Assembly: GCA_951406725.2 (NCBI GenBank)
Contig: OX597835.1
Location: 50,282,001-50,346,000 of the forward strand
DNA length: 64,000 nt
Source of the DNA: Octopus vulgaris
Taxonomy: Eukaryota
Reading direction: 5' to 3'
Shown here: positions 13,723 to 27,758 of the stretch, piece after piece
Layout of the letters: the number at the start of each line of letters is the position of its first letter
Position numbering within the stretch: position 1 is the stretch's first letter
The notes under the pieces: generated by a model
Databases searched by the model: none
What the model saw: only the letters and a program-made list of their open reading frames with translations
Told to the model about the DNA's origin: nothing
Position numbers and translations under genes: made by a program

Positions 13723-16700
13723 ATCGCTTCCTAACCCCTACCAAAGAATAATGGACAGCTCATGAACGGATAAAAGATAAGAATATTCTTCTTTCAACCT
13801 CGTTTCATCTCCTACTATTCTTGCACAGATCATTATTCTTTTCATTATTCTTTTCATTATTCTTTTCATTATTCAGTAAGATGCCATCATGTAAATATAC
13901 TTTTCGATAGTCTTGTCTTCCTTATTGCTCCCGAAGATAACCTTATATTCATTGATTCACTCACCTATTAAAGTCTTATCACACAGCCACTTCTCTATTC
14001 CCTAAATTTTGTCTTTCTCAGAGTTCTCAAACCTTTTTTTTTTGGTCTCTCGTTAAACCACGATTAGCAGACCCTCTTCCTAGTTAGAGGTGCACCCGCC
14101 CTCCCACCCCCTCCACCTGTACAGGAAGTTCCTATCCTTTGCATCTTTGGGTTGCCTCCCACGAACACTGCATAAGTCCTTTTGCCATCCCCACCCCCAG
14201 TCTCGACCTATCTCCTATGTAAGGTAATGTTCATATAGTGCAAAATATGAAAGGGTAGTGTTATGCAGGTTGAACTGAAGGCTACTGTATTGCTTGCTCA
14301 TGAATTCTGCCAAATGCGAGTTTTCCTTTCAGGTACATGAAGCTACTGTCCACCGTCCCTGGGTCTCTAGGGCCCATACCTCCCACACCCTCAGGGTTGG
14401 CACCCTCAACGTTGGCACACTGAAAGGTAGGTCTGGCGAGATTGTTGAAATGCTTGAATGGAGATGTGTTGATATGTGCTGCATCCAAGAAGTAAGGTGG
14501 AGAGGAGGTTCTACTAGGTTCCTCACAGGCAAAGAACACAGGTACAAGATTTTCTGGGCAGGGAACACTGATGGGGTTGGGGGCGTGGGTATACTTCTCG
14601 CTGAAAAATGGGTAGATAAGGTAATTGAGGTAATCAGAGTATGCGACAGAATACTTAAGATTAGATTAGTGCTTCATCATGGATTAACAATCATTATATC
14701 GGCCCATACCCCTCACCCGCTTTACCCGATGGACAGAAAGACTACCTTGTTGACGAATGTGGCTGGTGACTTCAATAGGCACGCTGGACAACATACTGGG
14801 GGTTTCCATGGTGTACATGGAGGCTATGGTTATGGTTCCCGCAACGAGAAGGGAACCAGGCTGCTGGAGTTCTGCGATGCAAATAAGCTTATGGTTTTCA
14901 ACACTATCTTCAGGAAACCTACAAGCCACCTAGTCACCTACCAATTGGGCCGACATACTAGCCAAATTGACTACATCCTTGCCAGGAAAAGGGAAAGATG
15001 GCTGCTTATAAATGCCAAAACCTTTCCAAGCGAAGAATGTACCCCACAACATAGACTGGTAGTTAGTGACTTTAGGATCAGGACTAAGAGGACGACCAGA
15101 AGACGACCAACACGGATAAGAAGGGTCTGGAAGCTTAAAGATCCTGCGAATGGACAGAGATTTAGGGACATATTACTTGAAGCCTTTGAACGAAGTAGAA
15201 GGGGATATAGCTTCACATGGGGTAGAAGACAACTGGAGGTTTCTAAAGGACAACCTGCTGAGAGCCACTGACCAGATCTGTGGATGGTGCAAAGTCCCCT
15301 CTCAACCCAAAATAACGTGGTGGTGGAACAATGTTGTAGACAGGGCTATTAGAGAAAAGAGACAGGCTTGGAAGGACTGGAAGAATGGTGGTAGCAGGGA
15401 ATCGTATCAGACTGCCAGAAGGGAAGCTAGGAGGCAGGTTTATTTAGCCAGAGGGGAAGCAGATAAGAAAAGATTTGCCAATGTTCTGCGCCGTGAGGAC
15501 TAAAGACTTGAGGTATTTCGTGTTGCAAGACAGTGTGTGAGAGAGAATCGTGATGTAGGAGAGAAATGTGTCTGCATGGATGATGGTTCTCTTGCACTAA
15601 ATGAGGCTGCAAAGAGAGAGGTTTGGAGATGCCACTATGAAAGGTTGCTGAATAAAGAAAATGAATGGGAGAAAGAGAGTCTGCTGATTGTCGACCCAAC
15701 AGAGGGACCAGCTATCCAAGTTGACAGTACCTTGGTAGTTAAAGCAATTAAGAGTATGAAGACGGGGAAAGTCCCAGGCCCATCAGGAATTACTGCAGAG
15801 ATGCTCAAAATGTCTGGTAGTGTCGGCATTAGCCTGGTCACCCGTATAGTTAACCAGGTTATACACAAAGGAGTCATACCCAATGACTGGTGTAGCAGCA
15901 TAATAGTCAACTGCTACAAAGGAAAAGGTCACGCTTTAGATACAAATAATTACAGAGGTATCAAGCTCTCTCAGGTAATGAAGGTCACGGAGAGGGTCAT
16001 AGCCCAACTAATTAGGGAGAGAGTCAGTCTGGATGAGATGCAGTTTGGTTTCGTACCAGGGAAAAGCACCACTGATGCTATATTTCTGGTTAGACAGCTG
16101 CAGGAGAAATACCTAGCCAAAGATAAGCCCCTGTACCTGGCTTTCATTGACATGGAGAAAGCCTTCAACGAGGTCCCCCAATCCCTTATCTGGTGGTCAA
16201 TGAGGAAACTAGGGATAGATGAATGGTTAGTGAGAGCCATGCAAGCCATGTACAAGGACGCTGTCAGTAAGGTGAGGGTTGGCAACGAGTACAGTGAAGA
16301 ATTCCGGGTAGAGGTAGGGGTCCACTAAGGTTCAGTCCTCAGCCCCCCTCCAGACAATAACGGAGGAATTCAAGACAGGATGCCCCTGGGAGCTTCTCTA
16401 TGCTGACGACCTTGCTATAATTGCTGAGTCACTAACAGAACTAGAGAAGTTTCAAGTGTGGAAACAAGGATTGGAATCGAAGGGCCTTAGAATCAACCTA
16501 GCTAAAACCAAAGTCCTAATAAGTAGGAAGGCAGGCAAACCACAAATCCCTTCAGGTAGATGGCCCTGTTCGATCTGTAGAAAAGGCGTAGGTAGAAACT
16601 CTATAAGATGTACCCAGTGTAAGCTATGGACACATAAGAGGTGCAGCAATATCAAAGGAAGGCTAACTGGGAAGATAGTTTTTGTATGTGGTAGATGCTC

Positions 16701-17903
16701 GGGCGCTATAAATTACACTGAAAATGTCCAGAGAACAACTTCTGCCACATTCCAGGGAGAAAAACTAGAAATAGTTGATAGCTTCTGTTACCTAGGTGAC
16801 CAAGTCAGTAGCGGGGGAGGGTGCAATGAAAGTGTAGCTGCTAGAATAAGAATAGCTTGGGCAAAGTTCAGAGAGCTCTTACCCCTGCTGGTGACAAAGG
16901 GCCTTTCGCTCAGAGTAAAAGGTAGACTGTATGACGCTTGTGTACGAACAGCCATGCTACATGGCAGTGAAACATGGGCCGTGACTGCTGAGGATATGCG
17001 TAAGATTGCAAGGAATGAAGCCAGCATGCTCCGATGGATGTGTAATGTCAGTGTTCATACTCGACAGTGTAAGTACCTTGAGAGAAAGGTTGGACCTAAG
17101 AAGTATCAGACGTGGTGTGCAAGAGAGAGGATTGCGCTGGTATGGCTATGTGGCAAGAATGGATGTGGATAGCTGTGTGAAAAAGTGCCACACCCTAGCG
17201 GTTGAGGGAACCTGTGGAAGACATGTGATGACCTTCAAACATTGGGCCTCACCAAGGCAATGACTAGTGACCGGGACCTCTGGAAATACGCTGTGCTGCA
17301 AAAGACTCGACAAGTGCAAGTGAGACCATAACCTTGTGGCCTATGCTAGGGGGTAACAAGTCCCCTTATGTGTGCCTTTTCTTCATTGGACACTAAACTC
17401 TGCTTGCGAAGACCAGTTGAGGCAAGTGAAATCGAAGTCGAAATCAAATTCGGTGACTGGCATCCGTTGCTAGTGGAGTGCTAAGAGTACCATACGAGTG
17501 AGATCGGTGCCAGAGTAACAAGCTGGCCTCTGTGCCGATGGCACGTTAAGCACACCATTCAAGTGTGATCATTACTGCGTTGCCTTACTAGCACTTGTGC
17601 TGGTGGCATGTGAAATATTCGAGCGAGGTCATCGCCAGTGCCGCTGGACTGGCTCCTGTGCAGGTGGCATGTAAAAAGCACTATTTGGGCATGGCCGTTG
17701 CCAGTACCACCAAACTGGCCCTCGTGCTGGTGGCACGTAAAAAGCACACACTACACTCTCAGAGTGGTTGGCGTTAGGAAGGGCATCCAGCTGTAGAAAC
17801 TCTGCCAGATCAGATTAGAGTCTGGTTCGCCAGACCTCAGTCAAATAGTCCAACCAATGCTAGCATGGAAAGCGGACGTTAAATGATGATGATGATGATG
17901 ATG
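13723..17903 (+). mobile_element. Near-full-length but mutated RTE-clade LINE (copy 1): APE endonuclease, RT and PHD-like finger
   Basis: GTLNVGTLKGR/QE/GDFN/IDY/QH APE motifs, NYRGIKL, QFGF, and ctctatgctgacgac (LYADD) at about 16396. Several stops, frameshifts and deletions relative to copy 2. (GAT)n tail, flanked by (ATT)n. Confidence 0.95.
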
Positions 17904-17922
17904 ATTATTATTATTTTTATTT

Positions 17923-18980
17923 GGTGGCAAGCTAGCAGAATTGTTTGCCTGCTGATCAAAATGCTAAGCAGCATTTCGTCTGTCTTCATGTTCTCAGTTC
18001 ATGTTTCACCAAGGTCACCTTTGCCTTTCACTTTCACTCTTTAGGAGTCAATAAAATAAGTACCAGTTAAGCACTGGGGTTGATGTAATCGATTCACCCC
18101 TCCACCAAAATGTCAGGCCTTGTGCCTATTCTAGAAAGGATTATTGTGGTGAGCTAGCAGAACCATTAGCATTCCAGACAAAATACTTAGTAGCATTTTG
18201 CTTGTCTTTACATTCTGTGTTCAAATTCTACTAAGGTCAACTTTGCCTTTCATCATTTTGGGGTCTATGAAATAAGTACTAGTTGAGCACTGGGGTCGAT
18301 ATAATCAAAACCTCCTCCTTAGCCTATCAAAATTATGCTGGCAAGATGGCAGAACCATTAGTACACCAGACAAAATGCTTAGTGGCATTTCACCTGTCTT
18401 TACAATCTGAGTTCAAATTCCTTCAGGGTTGTTTTTTTTTTTTTTTTTTTGTGGTTCCTGAAATAAGTACCAGTTGAGTACTGGGTTGATGTAATCAACT
18501 TACCCTTCCCCACAAATTTTAGGTCTTGTGCATATCATAGAAAGGATTCATCATCATCATCATCATTTAATGTCTGTTGTCTATGCTGGCATAGGTTGCA
18601 CAGTTTGACCAAGGCTGGCAAGCTGGAAGTCTGATTTGGCATGGTTTCTATGGATGGATGCCCTTCCTAACACTAATCACTCTGAGAGTGTAATGAGTGC
18701 TTTTACATGCCACCGGCACAGGTGCCATTTGCGTAATATTGGTATCTGCTATGACTGCGATTTTATTATTATTGTGCTAGCATAATTGTTAGGATGCTGG
18801 GCAAAGCACTTAGTGGTATTTTGTCTGTTTGCACATTTTGTGTTCAAATTGCACTGAAGTCAACTTTGCCTTTCATCCTTCAGGGTCTATAAAATAAGTA
18901 TCGGTTGAGTACTGGGGTTGGCATAATCTACTATCCCCCTCCACACAAATTTCAGGCCTTGTGATAGAAAGAATTATTAT
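17923..18980 (+). mobile_element. Head-to-tail cluster of family A SINEs (about 4 copies) with an antisense RTE-like 3' fragment at about 18548-18760
   Basis: Repeated gctagcagaa...ttcaaattc...ctttgcctttca...aagtaccagttgag units. Confidence 0.75.
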
Positions 18981-20400
18981 TTTGGTTTGGCTCAAGTTTG
19001 GTCTTATTCCTTGTGGGAATTATGTGGGCAGCGGGTTACTTACCTGTATCCTTAGGTATCCACAAGTTATCAGCAGTCTTTCAAGTGCTTAGAACCCTCC
19101 TGATAATCCTTGCTGTTCCTAAGAGACAAACTTTCTGTAGAAGCTCCACTGGACATTTTATTTCAATTTCCTTCAGCCAGTTGTCTATATCTTGGCTTAC
19201 TGTTCCTAAAGCACCAATTATTATTGGCATGTCCAACCCATGCCAGCACAGACAACGGATGTTAAATGATGATGATGATGACGATAATGACCTTTCAAAT
19301 TCTTCCTATTTCAGTCTTTAAGGGATTGTATGTTTTGTTTTTCCTCCTCTTCCTTTACAATCCTGGAATCATATGGGCATGATAGGTCAATAACTAAGCA
19401 GCTTTGCCTTTCCTTATCTAGAATTGTTATCGCTGGTCTATTATTTTCTAATTTCTTGTCCATTTGAATAGTAAAGTCCCACAAGAATCTGACATTTTTC
19501 CCTCTCCAGTACTCTTTCAACTTGATGATTGTACCATGTGTTTCTCGCTTCAAATCCCCATTTCTGGCACAGTTTCCAGTGTAAAACTTTTACAACCTGG
19601 TTGTGCCTCCATTTCTTATATTCTTCCTGTGCCAACTTGGGGACATTCTGCTACAATGTATGCCACTGTTTCATTCTAAGTTCCACAGGCTCTACATTTT
19701 TCTGACACATTCTATCCATATATATTTTTTCTCAAGTTGTTTGTTTTTATCGCTTGATCTTGAGATACAATTAGGCTCTCTCTTTTAATTGTCTCTTTTT
19801 TAACCAAGCCCAGGGTTTATTGTTCCACCTACGTCTTCTGTGGCACTACAAAATTGACCATGCAGAGGTTTCTCTTTGATCTGTCTGATGTACTCTCCTT
19901 CTATTTCACTCTTGTCCTTTTCTCTTATGTGTTTCACCACCTGTTCTTTATTAACTAACTTTAGCAGATTTTCTCTACTGCTCTCTAAATCCTCTGCTAC
20001 ACTTTTTCTTTCCATCTGTACACATTCTTCTACTGCTATTAAGCCTCTTTCACCCCCCAAGTACAGCCATTTGATATCAACTTTTGGATGGTGGGCTCCA
20101 TATATCATCAAGAACTTCCTAGCTTTTCGGTTAAGTTTCTTTATATTGTTTCTGGTCCAGTCTATAATTCCAACTCCAAGGGTGCGGCTCTTGAATTTAT
20201 TGCTTCGATAAGGTTTTTGGAAATCAGCTTTGACTGCAATCCTTTTCTGACTCTCCCAACTGGTAATTTGTTTCATTTCTTCATTTTTTTTATCTCGTCT
20301 GCTTCCAGTATTTCCAAGTCCCTATAACACTGTCCTTTCTCAACCACTCTCATTGTTTGCCTGTTTGGCATTTCAGTTCCCTGCTTTCTTTCAAATCTTC
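18981..20400 (-). mobile_element. Degenerate R4/Dong-clade non-LTR retrotransposon, 3' part (RT C-terminus, Zn knuckle, RLE)
   Basis: GAHHPKVDIKWLYL..GERGL, KPLHGQF, RHNQV..LHWKLC, WDFTIQMD...NRP(A)I..LD...ID.SCP and terminal QKVCLLGTARIIRRVL. Interrupted by a short RTE tail piece at about 19230-19290. Confidence 0.85.
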
Positions 20401-21174
20401 CTTGTTTTACACTTTTCTATTATTAAGGTGGAGAGCTAACAAAACCACTTGCATGCTGGACAAAATGTTCAGCAGATTTCATCCATTTTTATGTTCTGAG
20501 TTCAAATTCCACCAAGATCAACTTTGCCTCTTATCCTTTCGGAATCAATAAAATAAGTACCAGCCTAGCACTGAAGTTGATGAAATCAGCTAGACCACTC
20601 CTGATAAATTAGGCCTTGTGCCTGTAGTAGAAAGAATTATTATTATTATTACTATTACTGAAGTTAAGTGTAGACCAAGATTAGATGTTTGGTGTCTAGA
20701 ATGCCGCCAGATGCATACTCCAATCTCTGTTTACCACAGACAAGCTGTCTCCTTCCTCTGTCTTTTATACTGCTACCAGAGTCACCTCTATACAAAAATC
20801 TATCCTTCTTGAGCCATGCCTAGCTCATAAGGGCCGGTTTCTTGGCGTATAGGTTTCCCACCCGGACAGGACGCCGGTCCGTCGCAGTTGAGCTGCAAGA
20901 TGCAGGAAGAAAAAGTGAGAGAAAGTTGTGGTGAAAGAGTCAGCAGAAATTCGCCGTTACCTTCTGCTGTAGTTGCGTGGAGCTTAGATGTTTCGCTCAT
21001 ATACACATACATCGCCTGGTCTGAGATTCGAACCTGCGATCCCTCAACCGTGAGTCCACTGCTCTAACCACTAGGCTATGTACCTCCACAGAGTCACCTC
21101 GATTCCTCAAAGCAGGCTAATCTTGTTCTGCCTCCACATGGTCGGCAAAAAGTCAATTTTCGTATTCTGTGGGG

Positions 21175-23960
21175 AATTGTTTGAGAAATCAGAGCATCAC
21201 ACAGAATGCTTCATGGTATTTGTTCTGCTTCTCTTTGCTCTGAGTTCAAATCCCACCTAGGTCAACTTTGCCTTTCGTCCTTTCAGGGTCAATAAGAAAA
21301 GCACCAATACAAGGTGATAGATTGCAGGAACTGTAAGAGCATCAGCCGGATGCCTGGTGGTATTTGTTCCAGTTCTCTTTGTTTGTATTCTGAGTTCAAA
21401 TCCCACTTTGCCTTTCATCCTTTTAGGGCCAATAAAATGGTACAGTTCAGGGTGATGGATTTGCACAAAATGTAAGACTGTTAGATGTGGTATTCATTTT
21501 AGCTCTTTGCATTCTAAGTTCAAATCCCATCCTGGACTTGTTGTTGTTGACCAATTTCCTGGTTTAACATCACCACATGGTGCTTTGAGTACCTTTAGTG
21601 AAGTCCCATTCTGTTTCAAGCATTCAAGTCAGGTTTTCAGTTTTGAGGATGCCTTCCTCCCTCTCACCAGGCTTAGAGGCCCCATAACACGTTGTACATG
21701 CTGCCTTGCCTCATAATTAGATTAAAATAAATAAATAAATAAACAAATAAATAAATAAATAAAGGGTTAGTGGAAGATGTGCATGATATCCTTCAGAGAG
21801 ATCCTGAGTGTCCACAAAGACAATCTGAATAAAGTCTTCTGGAGGACTTTAAGCTTGGGTTAGCGTGAGTGGTTATTCCAGAGGCAAACCACCAGGACAC
21901 TTTGCATTTTATTTTGTGGCTTTGTCTCTGTATTAAGAAACAATATTATTATTGATTGGCAGGGTATTAAGCTGGCAGAATCATTAGCACCCAGGCAAAA
22001 TCCTTAGTGTCATTTCATCCATCTGTACATTCTGAGTTCAAATTCCACTGAGTTTGACTTTGTTTCTCGTCCTTTCGAGGTCGATAAAATAAGTACCGGT
22101 TGAGTACTGGGATCAAGTTAAACCCTGCCCCTGAAAATGATGGCCTTGAGCCAAAATTTGAATCCAATATTATTATAGATTGGCAAAATCAGTAAATGTA
22201 TAAGACAAACACCTTTTGGTAATAAGTCTGAGTTTGAATCCCAGTAGAGCCAACCTTGCCTTCTGGGCACAGAATAATTGAGTGTTGCTCTCCCTAAACT
22301 TTATGGTTTTGTGTTCGTGTTTCAAATCATTATCACTATTGTTTGTGAACTGGCAGAATGATTAAAGCATTGAATAAAATGCCATGTGGTATGTTTTCTG
22401 GCCCTTTATGTCCTGAGTTCAAATCCTGTTCAAGTCAAATTCACATTTCATCTTTCCAGAGCTGATAAATCAAGTTGGGGATTATGAACAATATCCAGAA
22501 GTCCTTGGCCTGGCAGTGTTGCAAGAGTGGGGATGACATTACCTGTTTAGGATAAACTGTTCAGGCCTGGCTGCGTTATAACTGAACAGGCTCATGATGT
22601 AGGGATAATACTTAGTCGTGAATTCATGTCAGACAGCTGGTAACATGCATCAGATTGATCCAGTTGTTGGCCGAGTCTTTCCCGAAGATCCAAACACCAC
22701 TTCCCTTTAACAAAGAAGACCAGCAGGTAGTTTTCTTCTGTCAGGTGACTATGGTGAAGGATGTTGTACGATGGATGTGGTGGAAAATTCTGAGGACATG
22801 TTTCCTCTCAGGAGAGGTCATCATCAACTTCAAGTACCACTTGAGGAGGAAGGTGAGGGTAGGCAGGGGGATCTTATCCACCAGGAATTTTATGCAAGAT
22901 TAATTGTGCCTCCTTAGGCTAGCAACAAAAACTGAGAGAAGATATTTACTTTCAGTTTGTTAGTAATCTGGGGTTACCCCAAAACCCTCCACTGTTTCTC
23001 CCACCACCCATTTTGGGCATCTTTTTTGTTGTTCCTGTTATTGCTCCTCATCATCATCACTATTAATGACTCTATTTTTATTGTTTATCATATTCTTTTT
23101 ATTTGATGTAAGTTCATTTTTTTTATTTCTTGTTCTTCCATGTGTTTTGCCTTTGTATTGTCCCCCAAAATTGTGGACCCTTGTGACTAATAAAAGAAAT
23201 TATTAAGGAGAAGGTGTGAGCTGATAGAATCTTTAGAGTATTGGACAAAATGCCTTTTCATTATGTCTACTTGCTCTAAGGCGGTGGGCTAGCAGAATCA
23301 TTAGCATGCTGGGCAAAATGCTGAGTGGCATTTCATCCATCTTCACATTCTGAGTTCAAATTCTGCCAAGGTCAACTTTGCCTTCCATCCTTCTGGGGTC
23401 GATAAAATAAGTACCAGTTGAACACTGGGATTGATACAATTGACTCACCTCTCCTCCAAAATTGGTACCCTTGTGGCAAAATTTGACTTTGACTTTCATC
23501 TTTTTGGGATCGATAAAAAGAGTACCAGTTGATCACTGGGGTTGATGTAATTGACTTACCCACTCCCATAAATTTCCAGGTCTTGTGCCTATAGTAGAAA
23601 GGATTATTTCTTTAGGCTCTGAGGGAGTGAAGCTGGCAGAATCATTAGCATTCCACTTAAAAATACTTAGTAACATTTCATCTATCTTTATGTTCTGAGT
23701 TCAGATTCCACTGAGGTTGATTTTGCCTTTCATCTTTTTGGGTTCAATAAAATAAGTACCAGTTGTACACTGGGGTTGATGTAACCTACTAGCGCTCCAT
23801 TCCCAATTTCAACACTTGCACCTAAGTCAGAAACCATTATTCTCTCTTTGAGGTCAACTTTGCATTTCACTTTTGGTTGATAAAATAAAGTACCAGTCAA
23901 CTACTGGGGTCAATTTCAATATTTTACTCTCCTCCCAGATTTCTGGCCTTGTACCTACGT
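21175..23960 (+). mobile_element. Dense region of same-orientation family A SINEs and partial heads
   Basis: More than 10 repeats of ctgagttcaaat(t/c)c...actttgcctttcatcc, all on the + strand. Confidence 0.7.
22500..22930 (+). mobile_element. Possible L1/Tx1-group LINE 3' coding remnant
   Basis: Translation VVF...VKDVV.W...FLSG...INFKYHLRRKVRV resembles Tx1-type ORF2 C-termini. Recognised from memory only. Confidence 0.4.
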
Positions 23961-24304
23961 TTGTACTTGACATCGTTATTTCAAGTCATTTTACAATCCC
24001 AGACTGACCAGGCATGGCCTTAGCACCAAAGCACTCTCTCAGTCTTAGACTGCTGCAGGAGCATGTTGTTGCATTTTGAGCAGATGTTTTACCGTTTATC
24101 TTTTATTTGCTTCAGTCAGTAGACTGTAGCCATGCTGGAGCATCGCCTTGAAGAATTCTTAGAGTTTTTAGTCAACTGAATCAGTCCCAGTGTCTTTCTT
24201 TACTTTTCTAAGCCTGCTACTTTTATTGGTCTCTTTTTCTGAACAGCAAAGTTACAGGGACATAAACACATCAACACCGGTTGTCAAGCAGTGGTGAGGG
24301 ACAA

Positions 24305-24342
<38 letters not shown>

Positions 24343-26403
24343 TAATACATACATACAACATGCTTCTTTCAGTTTCTGTCTACCAGATCCACACAGGCCT
24401 TAGCAGAATACATTTGCCCAAGGTGTCACACAGTGGGACTGGACCCGGAATCATGTGGTTGCTTTGTTTTTGAGAAGCAATGGAGTGAAATTATTGGACT
24501 TTGGTGCCTGTCTTGATGGTATGCCATGGTATGTCTTGATGGTATGCCATGGCTCTTGGCTAAAGAGGTGGAGTTAAGCAAAAAACCAATTTCATCAGCT
24601 AAACTACTAGACATGTTGAATGGCTGCTGTAGGGGCAAATTGCCAGGACTGTTCCCAACTTCCTATTTTGGCTGCATCTCAATATTAAGAATCAATAAGG
24701 CAGCACGCTGGACAAAATGCTTAGCCGAGGTTGACCTTCATCTTTTCGGGGTTGATAAAATCAGTACCAGTTGAGTATGTGGGTCAGTTTGATTGACTTA
24801 TACCCCCACCACCACTTTGTGCCAAAATTTGAAACCAATATTAAGAATCAATATCATTACTGCTTGGCAGAACCAGTTAAATACTGGACAAAACATCTTG
24901 TAGTAGTTTGTTGCTTCTTTTACATTCTGAGTTCAAACTCCACCAAAGTTGATGCTTTTTTCTGGGGCCATAATAATGATTGTTGGCTCCCCAAAGTTTG
25001 TGGCTTTGTGCTGATGTTATAAATCATCATCATTCAATGTCCATTCAATCCATTCTGGCATGGCTTGAATGGCTTGACACCAGCTGGCAAGGCCAAGGGC
25101 CACACTAGCTTCCATAGTTTGTTTCAGTTTAGTTTCTACAGTTGGATGCTGTAGAATTGTTGATTAAGCATTTCTTCCAATCCTTTATATTTTGAGCTCA
25201 TTTGGAGTCAATAAAATAAGTACCAGTCACATACAGGGGTCGATGTAAGTGACTAAAACCCCTCCTACTGAAATTGCTGACCTTGTTCTAAAACTTGAAG
25301 CTATTATTATTGTTGCTATTAGCAGCGGCAGCATTCTTTAATACTTCCTGTTGTATATCCTACCAAGTCAGGTTCAAACTATGGGCCTGAAGAGCTACAG
25401 GAAAGATATCACTAGATTGATATTATTCTCTGTGACATATGGGCTATTCTGAAGTAGGACAATCTGGTGGAATGCATAGATGGTAACATTACCTAGGGTA
25501 CAGTGGTGAACTTTTCCATTCTCTACTTTATCAGGATTCTAAGAATTCCAATGACCACAGATCTTCACATTCCTCATCCTGATGGTTTAGGTCTCCAGGT
25601 CTTTGTACATGGTCAGTTTCTCCATGACTTCCACATATCTGTTTCTTAGGATGGGTGTACATACATATAGCTGTGTGGTTAAGTTTGTTTCCCAAACATG
25701 TGGCGCCTACGACATGGCATCTTGGGCAAGTGTTCTCTATTAATAGCTCCAGGTTGACCAAAACCTTGTGAGTGGATTTGGAAAACAGAAATCGAAAGAA
25801 GCTTGTTGTCTACAATGAAAGCATGTGAAGGCTTCTTGACAAGCTGCGATGATAACCTTTGTAAACAAAAACTCATTTCAGTGTTCTTTGCTTCCAGTTC
25901 TCCTGGTTGTTGTAAAATAGACTGGGAGATGACAGGAAGGGCATCTGGCCTCAAAGCTGATCCATGCAAGTTTGGAAAATCTTGGAGAGAATATCATTAT
26001 ATCAATTTTTAATGTCTACTTCTCATGATTTCACATTATATAATGAAGTTCTTTGGAAGACCCCCCCCACCATGTCAGTGAAAGTGAGTGCTAGAAGCAT
26101 TGTGTGTTCCACCCACATGTAAAGAGAAAACTTTTCACATACCCAGCCCCAACAAACCAAACTACATCTCTTCCTCACATCTCCTTCATTCACTATGCTT
26201 ATCTCTCTCTCTCCCTAATCCTGTCCTCACAGCCCACCTGTTCACTATATCATTGCTATTCAGTAGCTCCCTGCCACTATACACCCAGGTTTTCACCACC
26301 CACTACGTCCCTCTTCCACACTCTCTACACATGCTTCTTTGGCAATGCTCTGCCACTTATATTATGACCTCTGTACCTCAAGGGTATTCCCTGGCACTTG
26401 CCA

Positions 26404-26440
<37 letters not shown>

Positions 26441-26779
26441 TTTACTCAACCATCCCATTTATATTCTGATCCCCATCCCATGTGAATATGGCTAACATTT
26501 TGCCACCATCTCTCTCCTGCTCTCTCTTGCACACCTGCTGTCCTCTACTCTCTCTCTCCTCAGGCTGGGTAACCATATACCTCTTTTACAGCAGCACATC
26601 TTTTTCTGTCCTCATTTTCTCTCTCCCTCCCTCCCCTATCTCTCTCCTCCTTCCCTCACCCTCCACCTCTGGCCAGGTAATCACGTACCTCCCCTACAGC
26701 AAGACACCTGTTTCTATTTCTCTGTCTCATTATAACCTTTTATCATCTGACACAAGATCGCCTCCCCCAATGCTCCTCC

Positions 26780-27120
26780 CCTCTCAAAGGATCCTTGTCT
26801 TGCAAAATTACTTGGTGACCCTCTCTGTGCAGGTGCCACTTAAAAAGCATCCAGTCCACATTGTAAAGTGGTTGGCATTTGGAAGGGGCATCAAGCTGCA
26901 AAAACCATGCCAAAACTGATCTCGCCTGTGCTTGTGCTATGTAATAAGCACTCAGTCCACTCTACTGGGTGGGTGGTGTTAGGAAGGGCATCCAGTTGTA
27001 AAAGCTCTGCCAAAACAGACACAGAAGTCTGGTGGAGGGTCCTGCCTAGCTGGCTCCTGTCAAACCGTCCAACCCATGCCGGCATGGAAGCGGATGTTAA
27101 ATGATGATGATGATGATGAT
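26780..27120 (+). mobile_element. RTE-related 3' end fragment with internal duplication and (GAT)n tail
   Basis: gtgcaggtgccac..aaaaagca, two copies of the ...tggttggc.tt.ggaagggcatc block, and the tail ccgtccaacccatgccggcatggaagcggatgttaaatgatgat. Confidence 0.7.
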
Positions 27121-27219
27121 CCTGCAGTAGTGTTCACTTTTCATTGCTATGTGAATAAGTCTTGGGACCTTGGCTATTTATTCACTTTTTTTTTATCAAA
27201 GCTTTTTGTCTGAGACCAA

Positions 27220-27758
27220 ATGACCCTATAAAGGCTCCAACATTAGCAATTTCTTTGTATATGTTATAATCCTTACGGTGTTTGATTGTTATAATGCCCA
27301 CTTCCATATACAGTATACTTAGTCAACCCACTAATGACATGACTATCTTTGACCACCTACATGAAGTACGAGAGTACTTCATGTACTTCTCTCTACTTGC
27401 AAGACCTTGCAAGACAGATGAAATCAATGTGACTGATATTCATCTTGAAAAAATTAAACACTATTTCCTCATTATGGACAAGTGCTTTGATTCGAAAACC
27501 CAGCTGTTTATCATTTATACTGTTGTAGGGAGCTACACCCCTCCCATGTGATGAATGGAATAACCTAGTCACTATAAGTAAAGAGAAATACATGAAGTAC
27601 GGGAGTACATAGTAGGTGGTCAAAGATAGTCATGTCTTTACTGCTTTTACTAAGTAAACTGCACACCGCAGTGGGGGGGGGGGCATTATTGCAATCAAAC
27701 ATTGTAAGGATTATAACATACAAAGAAACTGCTAATGTTGGAGCCTTTACAGGGTCAT
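27220..27758. mobile_element. Foldback/MITE with about 180-bp terminal inverted repeats
   Basis: 27220-27398 (atgaccctataaaggctccaacattagca...gactatctttgaccacctac...) is the reverse complement of 27576-27758. Confidence 0.85.
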
